From assembly GCA_016839815.1 (NCBI GenBank), contig JAEOTM010000106.1, positions 1 to 11,549 on the forward strand: DNA of 11,549 nucleotides, read 5' to 3'. The stretch comes from Candidatus Hodarchaeota archaeon (GTDB lineage Archaea > Asgardarchaeota > Heimdallarchaeia > Hodarchaeales > Hodarchaeaceae). Below the pieces are notes generated by a model. That model saw nothing but the letters and a program-made list of their open reading frames with translations. It was not told where the DNA came from and did not search any database. The position numbers were made by a program, and so were the translations under genes. Below, one piece after another: positions 1 through 7,958 of this stretch (position 1 is its first letter; each line of letters begins with the position of its first letter).

Positions 1-747
1 AATCGAGCTGGAGGGTTCCCCTTATCACCATCGATGGGTCCTGATCAAGGATTCGAAGGAGATTCAGGCAGCTTAGGTTCTATCTATATTCCAAGCCGAT
101 TTTCTGCAAACACAAGCTTTTTCGGGAAGGCAGGAATTCCCCAACCAACGTGGAGAGATCCGGAACAATTTGATACCTTTATCATCAAAACTACTTATCC
201 TCTTGATGATCCTGCTTTAGAAGATCTAACTCAGAAAATAGAAGAATTCACTAACACGGAAAATGAAGGTTATCGCAAGATTATTGGTTATAATCTTATA
301 TTGGGAACCGCTGAAACCATTTATGGACGAATTGAACAAGAACTCGAATCAATGGAGCAAATGACCAGCTTCTTACAGATATATGTGAACTTTGGCCTGA
401 TAATCGGTGCAGTCGGGATGGCGGTAATCTCTGTTAGAAATGTTGCAGAAAGGAAGCGTGAAATTGGTATGATGCGAGCAATTGGGTTCCCTCGTTTTCA
501 AGTTATGTTAGCTGCTCTCTTAGAGCTTGTAGTACTTGGATTTATCGGTTTAATCATAGGAGTGGTTAATGGTCTGTTTGTGAATGTTGGATTCGCAAAT
601 ATGATGAATGTTCCAGTTGTCATTCCTTGGGGAACAATTGGTGCATATCTTACATTCATCACTTTCATTGGATTACTTGCTGGGGCAATACCTGGATGGG
701 TAGCTAGTAGAATTCCAGCAGCTGAAGCATTGAGGTATGTCGGTTAA
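1..747 (+). CDS. ABC transporter permease, FtsX/MacB family; C-terminal part only, 5' end outside the window
   Basis: Frame is open from base 1 (NRAGGFPLSPS precedes the ATG at 34). It has the FtsX-type motif ERKREIGMMRAIG, three hydrophobic segments (YVNFGLIIGAVGMAVISV; LVVLGFIGLIIGVVNG; AYLTFITFIGLLAGAIPG) and the typical C-terminus ASRIPAAEALRY. Stop TAA at 745-747. Confidence 0.92.
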   Translation, partial: NRAGGFPLSPSMGPDQGFEGDSGSLGSIYIPSRFSANTSFFGKAGIPQPTWRDPEQFDTFIIKTTYPLDDPALEDLTQKIEEFTNTENEGYRKIIGYNLILGTAETIYGRIEQELESMEQMTSFLQIYVNFGLIIGAVGMAVISVRNVAERKREIGMMRAIGFPRFQVMLAALLELVVLGFIGLIIGVVNGLFVNVGFANMMNVPVVIPWGTIGAYLTFITFIGLLAGAIPGWVASRIPAAEALRYVG

Positions 748-757
748 GGTGAACTTT

Positions 758-1513
758 ATGGCGCAAAACGAAGTTAAATCAAAAGAAATAACCCAGAAGA
801 CATCCGATTCAGAAGTTATCTTAAGAATCGAAGGACTTCATAAACGATATAATGAAGGAAAAACCAATGAAGTTCATGCTCTAAGAGGAGTCGACTTAGA
901 AGTTCGAAAAGGTGACATGATGGCTATTATGGGGCCTTCAGGGTGCGGTAAAACAACTTTACTAAATATGATTGGACATTTAGATAAAAACTCTGGAGGT
1001 GACATCTTCATCTCGGACATTGATACAAATGACTTATCTGATGGTCAGATGACGGCATTTCGGAGAGACAACATTGGATTCATCTTTCAACTATTCAATC
1101 TCTTCCCATTTTTAACTGCAGTTGAAAATGTCGAAACTCCTCTTTTGCTTCAAGGAAACAATTCCGGTATCGCACGAGAACAGGCAAAAATGCTGTTGAG
1201 AGATCTTGGTATGGGAGATCGTCTTTATCACAGCCCATTAGAACTCTCAGGAGGCCAGCAACAGCGAGTTGCTGTAGCTCGAGCGTTAATAACTGATCCA
1301 GCTATTATATTAGGCGATGAACCTACAGGTGATTTAGATAGTACAACCAGTGCAGAGGTTATGACACTTTTCAGACGGATAAATCGAATTAATCAACAAA
1401 CATTTGTCCTCGTAACCCATAACCGCTGGATTGCTGAAAAATGCGATTATATAGTCCATATGCTAGATGGAAAAATTTCTCATGTTGAGATGGGACCATT
1501 CTTGGAGGAATAA
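758..1513 (+). CDS. ABC transporter ATP-binding protein, MacB/LolD/FtsE-like
   Basis: Walker [10 protein letters not shown]-loop GFIFQ, signature LSGGQ, Walker B/D-loop [12 protein letters not shown]-loop VTH. ATG 758 is preferred over 737 because AAGGTGA (746-752) lies 5 nt upstream of it. Confidence 0.95.
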   Translation: MAQNEVKSKEITQKTSDSEVILRIEGLHKRYNEGKTNEVHALRGVDLEVRKGDMMAIMGPSGCGKTTLLNMIGHLDKNSGGDIFISDIDTNDLSDGQMTAFRRDNIGFIFQLFNLFPFLTAVENVETPLLLQGNNSGIAREQAKMLLRDLGMGDRLYHSPLELSGGQQQRVAVARALITDPAIILGDEPTGDLDSTTSAEVMTLFRRINRINQQTFVLVTHNRWIAEKCDYIVHMLDGKISHVEMGPFLEE

Positions 1514-1515
1514 CG

Positions 1516-3345
1516 ATGAAAATATACACAGCAGCTCTAATAGATAAGCCCTTACGAACAATAAATGCTGAATTACGGAAAAATTTAGCTTCTGATATGA
1601 AAAAACTACTTCAAGTGAAAAAAAGGAGTATTAATAGTCAAGAACTAAATTCATTCATCTTTCTTTCAGGAGAAAAACCAAATGGAAGTGTGCATCCAGA
1701 ATTAGTGGAAAAAATCGAGAAAGGTAATCTGTTCAAACGTTATGAATCCTATAACAAAACAAATGAAGCGAAGTTCAGACGGTTATTACTAAATAATCAA
1801 GAACTCAAGGAAACATCCCAAATTGTTAAAAATTTTATCAAAGAAATTGACGGTAGCCTCCCTAAGAAGCTAGACAGTGAATTGAAAAAGGTAAATTCTG
1901 ATTTACCGAAAATTTTCTGTGAATTAAGTAATAAAAGTTTCATTACTTTATGGGATATAGAGGAAGTCAATGAATATAGGTTTTATTTATCAGGGTTTGA
2001 TTTTCCCCTCTTTTGTGGTTCAACAGCAGAAATCCCCATTAATATCGGTGGAGTTGTTGATCAATTGCTAATAGCTAACTTTTTTGTCACATTCTTGAAG
2101 CCAACAGTCCAACGCTTAGATGAAATGAATAATGTGTTAACTAAACTTGAGGAAGAAATATCTAAACAGCATTATACAACAACTGACAAGAAGATCCAAG
2201 CAAAATTCGATCTTTTCTTGCGGATTCTAGTTGCGAAATTAAGTGCTTTACTGGAACTAGAGAATTTAATTTACCGAATCTTCAACCTGTTTGAGATTCC
2301 ACGTATGTATCTCACACAGTATAATCTCAAAAGTGATTTTGGCGACTTTAATGCCACAATATCCAGAATCTCTGAAGAGATATCTACTGGAAAAGTAAAA
2401 TTGCACGAAGTCAGTGAATTGATTCAAAAGTGTCAGCTATGCATTCGTGACTACTTGGATGACGGAGTTAATGGAGTTAAAACTATCGATTCTAAAAAAG
2501 AGTTTAAAGAAGCACTACGAACCATGGCTGAACTTAGTGTGGACCTGTTTGTTGAGGCAGAGATGCTTAAAATCTGGTCTGATTACTTTGGTTCAGATCT
2601 ACCGTTCTTCAGTTTTAATGCACAATTACTTCAAGTAGAAAAAACAGCAGCAGAAGAAATCGACAAGAATACAATCATTGCTGTACGGGGTCTCTTCAAA
2701 AATTACAATCTCGGACGCAATACTGTTTATGCTATCCGTGGGGTAAATCTTGATATCAAAGAAGGAGAATTCGTTGCAATTGTTGGATCGTCAGGTGCTG
2801 GAAAAACTACTCTTCTCAATTGTATGGCTAGTCTTGATTCACCAGATCATGGAAGCGTCTACTTTAGAGGTAAAGATCTTCATAAAATGAATGATTCTGC
2901 TAAGTCAAATGTGCGACTTAGAGAAATGGGATTTATTTTCCAAAGTTATGCACTGTTACCCCACTTTAATACTCGGGAAAATGTGGCTCTTCCAGCGGAT
3001 CTGGCCGATGGATTAAGCAAAGAAATGCGACAACGGATTGAGGATCTTCTCAAAGGTGTAGGTATTGATCAACAGGCAAAACAATTCCCAGCTCAGCTAA
3101 GTGGAGGTCAAATGCAGAGAGTAGCGATTGCTCGTGCACTTACAAATCAACCCGCAGTAATTTTCGCAGATGAACCTACTGGTGACCTCGACAGTGGAAC
3201 TGGTAAACAAGTGATGGAACTGTTGAAAAAATTTCATGAAGAAACTGGTACGACAGTTGTCATTATTACCCATGAGGAAGATATTGCTGCTTATGCAGAA
3301 AGACAAATTCTTATGGAAGACGGGATTGTCACAAGAAGAAAATAG
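1516..3345 (+). CDS. Fusion protein: ~385-aa uncharacterised soluble N-terminal domain plus C-terminal MacB/LolD-type ABC ATPase
   Basis: Single 609-aa ORF starting 2 nt after the previous stop, with GGAGGA at 1504-1509. The ATPase domain begins near residue 387 (nt ~2674) and has [29 protein letters not shown] and ITH. Confidence 0.9.
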   Translation: MKIYTAALIDKPLRTINAELRKNLASDMKKLLQVKKRSINSQELNSFIFLSGEKPNGSVHPELVEKIEKGNLFKRYESYNKTNEAKFRRLLLNNQELKETSQIVKNFIKEIDGSLPKKLDSELKKVNSDLPKIFCELSNKSFITLWDIEEVNEYRFYLSGFDFPLFCGSTAEIPINIGGVVDQLLIANFFVTFLKPTVQRLDEMNNVLTKLEEEISKQHYTTTDKKIQAKFDLFLRILVAKLSALLELENLIYRIFNLFEIPRMYLTQYNLKSDFGDFNATISRISEEISTGKVKLHEVSELIQKCQLCIRDYLDDGVNGVKTIDSKKEFKEALRTMAELSVDLFVEAEMLKIWSDYFGSDLPFFSFNAQLLQVEKTAAEEIDKNTIIAVRGLFKNYNLGRNTVYAIRGVNLDIKEGEFVAIVGSSGAGKTTLLNCMASLDSPDHGSVYFRGKDLHKMNDSAKSNVRLREMGFIFQSYALLPHFNTRENVALPADLADGLSKEMRQRIEDLLKGVGIDQQAKQFPAQLSGGQMQRVAIARALTNQPAVIFADEPTGDLDSGTGKQVMELLKKFHEETGTTVVIITHEEDIAAYAERQILMEDGIVTRRK

Positions 3346-3382
3346 ACTTTTTCTTCCCTCCCCTCTGTTTTTTTTATTTTTT
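3335..3382 (+). terminator. Putative terminator of the ABC operon
   Basis: 8-bp inverted repeat GAAGAAAA(3335-3342)/TTTTCTTC(3349-3356) around the stop codon, then a pyrimidine run and T8-A-T6 (3368-3382). Confidence 0.6.
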
Positions 3383-3468
3383 AAGCTATCACTCCTCAAC
3401 ATCCTTATCGTCGGGATCTAAACATTATTAATTCTCTTAACAAAAATCCACTGTAAGAGGAAATACTA

Positions 3469-4830
3469 ATGGATGAACCAATTATTGACTTTTTAAGACA
3501 CTTAGTTGCCTTTAAATCTGTAAGTTCAGACAGAAATCAAGCAGAAAACTCTAGAAAGACTGCTGAATTTATTAAAGGAAAACTTCTAGATATTGGAATG
3601 CAGGCAGAAATTATTGAGAATGAAGACAAAAATAAGAATCCCTTTGTATTTGGGAAAATGGGAGAGGATCCGAAGAAAAAGACAATATTATTTTACTCTC
3701 ATTACGATGTTCAACCTGCAGAGATTTCAGATGGTTGGGATACTGACCCATTTGTTTTGACTCAAAAAGATGATGGATACGTATATGCCAGAGGTACCGA
3801 TGACGACAAAGGGCCGATTGCAGTGACTATTTTTGCCCTTGATGAGCTTCTCAAGGAAAACCCCAATCTTCCTGTAAATATAAGGATTTTATATGAGGGT
3901 GAAGAAGAGAGTTCCTCTGGGGGATTTGAAGACACTGTCCTCAAAAATAAAGACTATATTGGTAATGTGGATGGTATTATGATCCTTGATACTTCCTGGT
4001 TTACTGATGAACAACCGTCTTTAGACTACGGGTTCCGTGGAATTACCTATTTGGGCATAGAGATCGAGGGACCATCAAGCGATCAACATTCAGGAATGGT
4101 TGGTGGTACAATACGCGAGCCATTGATTGATCTTGTCTACTTGATGTCACGGTTTGTTGATTTAGAGGGAAGAGTACTAGTAAAAGGTTTTTATGATAAG
4201 GTTAAACCATTAACTGAGGATGAAGCTCAGCTCTATGAGAATCTAGAATTTTCACTACAGGAATACAAGGATGCTATTGGCATTTCCAAGGTATTAAAAG
4301 AAGATGCAAAGCAAACTTTGATGGCTATGTGGCGTAATCCGTGTTTATCTATTCATGGAGTTGAGGGTGCATTTTCAGGATCTGGAGGAAAAACTGTTGT
4401 TCCTGGAAAAGTGATTGGAAAAGTGAGTATGCGTTTAGTTCCCGATCAAGACCCTGAGGAAATCTCTCAACTTTTTATCAAACATGTCCAAACTGAATTT
4501 ATGAAATTAAATTCTCCTAATAAGTTAACAGTCTCTCCCTTGGGTAATGGAGAATGGTGGTTAGGTGATGTGAATAACTTCCTTTTCAAGTCAGGAAAAA
4601 AAGCACTGCAACAATACTGGAAAATTGAACCCTCTTTTGCCCGTTCAGGGGGTTCTATTCCCATTATTCCATTTATGGAAAAGACCTTCAACGCACCAGC
4701 AATTGGTGTGGGGATTGGCCAGCCTTCAGATGGAGCTCATGGGCAAAATGAACGCATTCGGATCAAAAATCTGATTGGAGGAAAGGAAGTAATCAAACTG
4801 ATGCTGCAAAATATTGCTGAAGTTGAATAG
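3469..4830 (+). CDS. M20 family metallo-dipeptidase, CNDP2/Dug1-like
   Basis: Metal/catalytic motifs HYDVQPA, RGTDDDKGP, EGEEE, QHSG, GGSIP and DGAHGQNE; AAGAGG upstream at 3455-3460. Confidence 0.92.
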   Translation: MDEPIIDFLRHLVAFKSVSSDRNQAENSRKTAEFIKGKLLDIGMQAEIIENEDKNKNPFVFGKMGEDPKKKTILFYSHYDVQPAEISDGWDTDPFVLTQKDDGYVYARGTDDDKGPIAVTIFALDELLKENPNLPVNIRILYEGEEESSSGGFEDTVLKNKDYIGNVDGIMILDTSWFTDEQPSLDYGFRGITYLGIEIEGPSSDQHSGMVGGTIREPLIDLVYLMSRFVDLEGRVLVKGFYDKVKPLTEDEAQLYENLEFSLQEYKDAIGISKVLKEDAKQTLMAMWRNPCLSIHGVEGAFSGSGGKTVVPGKVIGKVSMRLVPDQDPEEISQLFIKHVQTEFMKLNSPNKLTVSPLGNGEWWLGDVNNFLFKSGKKALQQYWKIEPSFARSGGSIPIIPFMEKTFNAPAIGVGIGQPSDGAHGQNERIRIKNLIGGKEVIKLMLQNIAEVE

Positions 4831-4843
4831 TGTGCTGCTACTG

Positions 4844-4866
4844 GAAGAAGAAATATAAATTATAAT
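4844..4866 (+). promoter_or_regulatory. Putative archaeal BRE/TATA promoter for the small-protein gene(s), probably leaderless or short-leader
   Basis: Purine-rich GAAGAAGA followed by AATATAAA (4852-4859), about 26-33 nt upstream of ATG 4885; no clear SD sequence. Confidence 0.45.
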
Positions 4867-4884
4867 ACAAGATAGGCCAATAGA

Positions 4885-5229
4885 ATGTCGAAATCCCCAC
4901 TTGAAAAAATAAAAGTTGATTCCATACAAAAGAAAATAATTGAAGAATTTGCAGATATTATTGCTGATGAAACAGACCTTACTGTATTAGTCGTGAAAGG
5001 TTTTCTGTGGAAATCACTTCGTCAATGGCAAAAAGAGCATGGTCTTACTATTACTGATACTGAAACAGGAACAGGAAGCTCTCCTAAAGACAGGATTCAA
5101 CAAGCCACTGAAATTCTAGCGATTTGTAACACAAAAATTGAAACAGGAACAGATACTGAAAAGGAAGCTCTTGCACAGGGAATCAAAAAATCAATTAAGC
5201 ATTATACGACTCATTATGCTAATCGCTAG
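4885..5229 (+). CDS. Hypothetical small helical protein, paralog A (114 aa)
   Basis: Coding status is supported by end-to-end protein similarity to the next ORF, with many conservative substitutions. T6 tract follows the stop (5231-5236). Confidence 0.88.
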   Translation: MSKSPLEKIKVDSIQKKIIEEFADIIADETDLTVLVVKGFLWKSLRQWQKEHGLTITDTETGTGSSPKDRIQQATEILAICNTKIETGTDTEKEALAQGIKKSIKHYTTHYANR

Positions 5230-5302
5230 CTTTTTTGTATTGAATAAGGTAATAATTTGTCTAGAAAGGTTCTAAAGGTTTTGTGCTGTGTAATTGGTCA
5301 GA

Positions 5303-5641
5303 ATGGCTAAACCCTTAGAGCGTATTGATGTCGACAAAATCCAAAGACAAATTATCGGAGAATTCGCGGAAATAATTGCACAAGAAACCGAACTATCACG
5401 AATGGTGATAAAAGGATTCCTTTGGAAAGCGCTACGGAAGTGGCAAAAAATTCATGGGATGACTCATTCAGATACAGAAAAAGATGAAATCTCCCCAGCA
5501 GAAAGAATTCAACAAACAAAGGAGATTTTTGACATTTTCAGACCTACAGTGATTTCATCAACCAAAGTTGAGGAAAAGTTCCTCGCGAGTGGCATAAAGA
5601 AAGCTCTTCAGCATTATGAGCAGTATTTTGCAAATCGATAG
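5303..5641 (+). CDS. Hypothetical small helical protein, paralog B (112 aa)
   Basis: ATG 5303 (MAKPLE) aligns with the start of paralog A (MSKSPLE). Shared motifs: KGFLWK, WQKxHG, SPxxRIQQ, GIKK and terminal ANR. Confidence 0.88.
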   Translation: MAKPLERIDVDKIQRQIIGEFAEIIAQETELSRMVIKGFLWKALRKWQKIHGMTHSDTEKDEISPAERIQQTKEIFDIFRPTVISSTKVEEKFLASGIKKALQHYEQYFANR

Positions 5642-5647
5642 TAAATC

Positions 5648-7570
5648 TTATTTTTCTTTATATCGAGGGTTTAGGCGATAAAAAGATTCCTCTGTAAACT
5701 CCCAAGTAAGAATAATTATACCTCCTTCGCTTTCCATAGAAGCATTAGTTGCTAAACCACTTTCTGCGAAATCTTTAAGCAGATGAATAGCAGCAGCATT
5801 CCCCATGATTGTTTCTGTTATAAAACGGTTAATGTTTAATTCTAACGCACGTTTAGTCAGATAACGGAGAAATTCTCTTGCTAGACCTTTGTTGCGAAAG
5901 TCCTCATGAACGAGTAAAGAAATTTCTGCAGTTTTAAAATCGTGAAGAATGAAAAAATGACCTGTTCCTATAATATTTTCTTTTGAAATCGGACCTAAAA
6001 ATGCAGCAATTCCCATATCCTGACTAAAGTTAATGTTGGCTTCTTTTTGAGCTAAGCTATGAGGTAGTGCTCGTATCGCACTAAAATAACGTGAATATCT
6101 ACTTTTTTCGGAAACGGAATAAAAGAATCTTCGAAGTTTATCTTCGTCACTGGCAAGTATAGGTCGAATTCGAACAGTTGGTCCTCCATCTCTTAAGGTA
6201 AAGTGTTCCTGAACTTCCATAGGGTACATTAAATGTTTCGAAGGATCACTGTAAATCTGATCTTGATACATGTAATTTAGGTCTTTTGCTCTTTTGAATA
6301 GTTCTTCTCTGAATTTAGGATGGGCTAATTCTATCATAGAAAGAACTCGCTCTCTGAGAGAGGCCCCGTGAAGATAAGCAATCCCGTATTCTGTTACAAC
6401 ATATTCGATATCTGCTCTCGTGATTGCTACCCCTGCTCCTGGACAGAGATGTGATACAATTCGTGAATGATTCCCATCACTAGAAGTTGAGGGCAAAGCG
6501 ATAATCGTTTTCCCTCCTGGGGATAATTGTGCTCCACGATGTAAATCAACAGCTCCACCAATACCACTGTACAAATATGAACCTAAGCTATCAGCCGCTA
6601 CTTGACCAGTTAAATCAATTTCGAGAGCAGAATTAATAGTAACCATTTTATAATTTTTAGCAACAATATTTGGATCCAAAACATAGTCTGATGGATAAAA
6701 GTGAAAATCTGGATTGTCATTAACAGTTGAATACAAGCGTTGAGTACCCATCGCAAATGCAGCAACAGTTTTCCCTTGATGAATCGTTTTCTTCGAATTT
6801 GTAACAACACCACAATCTAAAAGTTCTAATACCGAATCAGTGATAAGTTCCGAATGTATTCCCAAGTCTTTTTTTTCACAGAGATATTTTCCCATCGCAC
6901 TAGTGACATTTCCAACCCCAATTTGTAATGTAGATTCATCATCAATTAAGCTGACAACATTTCTAGCGACTTTTTCGATTTGCGGTGTAATAGAGGGTGG
7001 TTTCCATTCCGTCAAGGGACTCCTGTTTTGAACCATATAATCAATATTTGAGATGTGAATGAAGCTATTTCCATGAGTAACGGGCATTTCTGGATTCACT
7101 TCTGCAATCACAATTGTGGAATTTTCCACGGCTGCTTTGGTTAGATCAACACTAATTCCTAAGCTAACATAACCAGATTTATCAGGAACAGATGTTTGAA
7201 TTAATGCAACATCAATTGGCAATAATTTTTTACGAAATAGGTCAGGTATTTTTGCAGAAGACACAGGTGTATAATCAGCTCTTCCCTCTCTGACAGCTTG
7301 TCGTATATTACCAGTAATAAACACGCTATTATATCTAAATCTTTTTGCGTATTGTTCTTTAACATACGGGGCTGGACCATGCGAAATTACATGGTAAATT
7401 TCATTATCCTCGGTTTGAATTTCCATTTGAGAAAGATGCAATAAAAGAAGTCTAGGCTCGGCACAACCTGTCCCGATAAATATTCTATCACCTGGTTTAA
7501 TATGTGAAAGTGCAGCTGTGGGCGTAGTATAACTGGGTTTGTCAGAGCCTACTGGTTGGTACGTAAACAA
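5648..7570 (-). CDS. Acetyl-CoA hydrolase/family I CoA-transferase (4-hydroxybutyrate CoA-transferase-like) fused to a C-terminal Pat-type GNAT acetyltransferase
   Basis: Transferase motifs IKPGDRIFIG, SLGISVD, TLQIGVG, DLGIHSE (catalytic Glu241), INSALEIDLTGQV, SGIGG, VVTEYGIAYL and AHPKFR. GNAT from about residue 449: IRPILASD, SEKSRYSRYF, AEISLLVHEDFRNKGLA. TTG start. Confidence 0.92.
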   Translation of the reverse strand: MFTYQPVGSDKPSYTTPTAALSHIKPGDRIFIGTGCAEPRLLLLHLSQMEIQTEDNEIYHVISHGPAPYVKEQYAKRFRYNSVFITGNIRQAVREGRADYTPVSSAKIPDLFRKKLLPIDVALIQTSVPDKSGYVSLGISVDLTKAAVENSTIVIAEVNPEMPVTHGNSFIHISNIDYMVQNRSPLTEWKPPSITPQIEKVARNVVSLIDDESTLQIGVGNVTSAMGKYLCEKKDLGIHSELITDSVLELLDCGVVTNSKKTIHQGKTVAAFAMGTQRLYSTVNDNPDFHFYPSDYVLDPNIVAKNYKMVTINSALEIDLTGQVAADSLGSYLYSGIGGAVDLHRGAQLSPGGKTIIALPSTSSDGNHSRIVSHLCPGAGVAITRADIEYVVTEYGIAYLHGASLRERVLSMIELAHPKFREELFKRAKDLNYMYQDQIYSDPSKHLMYPMEVQEHFTLRDGGPTVRIRPILASDEDKLRRFFYSVSEKSRYSRYFSAIRALPHSLAQKEANINFSQDMGIAAFLGPISKENIIGTGHFFILHDFKTAEISLLVHEDFRNKGLAREFLRYLTKRALELNINRFITETIMGNAAAIHLLKDFAESGLATNASMESEGGIIILTWEFTEESFYRLNPRYKEK

Positions 7571-7600
7571 CCCTCTTTAGCAGTGAATGGAAGTACTGGT

Positions 7601-7662
7601 CTAATAGGTGTAGTATTAGGTGTGTCAACAATTCAATTGAGTATTTCTTTATATTTTTTCTG
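7601..7662 (-). promoter_or_regulatory. Putative promoter/operator of the CoA-transferase-GNAT gene
   Basis: Minus-strand purine run followed by AATATAAA (7655-7648). Direct repeat TAGGTGT at 7605-7611 and 7617-7623, and inverted repeat CTAATA/TATTAG (7601-7619), near the expected transcription start. Confidence 0.4.
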
Positions 7663-7730
7663 TATAGTGAAAGATTGACGTTTTTTCAGAGAACCTCATT
7701 CACCTTGATTTATCATGATCTCTCACACTG

Positions 7731-7761
7731 TTTATATATGAATACATGTTCACATGAACAT
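7731..7761. promoter_or_regulatory. TATA-like element with adjacent palindromic operator candidate
   Basis: TTTATATA at 7731-7738, then the perfect inverted repeat ATGTTCA-CA-TGAACAT at 7746-7761. Confidence 0.4.
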
Positions 7762-7958
7762 ATTTCCTAGATTTATCAAATCTTTAGCTTTTGTTTATTA
7801 CTTTAACGATCTTAGAGTAGAAAATTATTTAAAATATCAACGTACATTGTTAATTAAATAAATAGGATAACAATCAAAGTAACTTTTATTCAGTTATTTT
7901 GTATCTAATTACTCGTAATTTAAACAATTGAAAAGTCAACCTGCGTCTACGGATAGAG

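Noticed and set aside
34-36. ATG 34 as start of the permease
   Set aside because: The frame is open to base 1 and the protein lacks the N-terminal TM and extracellular regions; the gene is truncated by the window.
737-757. ATG 737 as ATPase start
   Set aside because: It overlaps the permease and has no properly spaced SD; ATG 758 has AAGGTGA at normal spacing. Not fully excluded.
2447-4929. Short alternative-frame or antisense ORFs (2447-2638, 3097-3402, 3236-3421, 3762-3944, 4467-4691, 4726-4929)
   Set aside because: They overlap well-supported genes and have no recognisable motifs; most likely shadow ORFs.
5260-5296. Imperfect repeat TCTAGAAAGGT/TCTAAAGGT and TTG 5294 as start of paralog B
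   Set aside because: Only two short degenerate units; alignment with paralog A supports ATG 5303.
4885-6230. GNAT toxin-antitoxin module (small proteins as antitoxins)
   Set aside because: The GNAT is Pat-type, fused to a metabolic enzyme and convergent with, not co-transcribed with, the small genes; no RHH antitoxin signature is evident.
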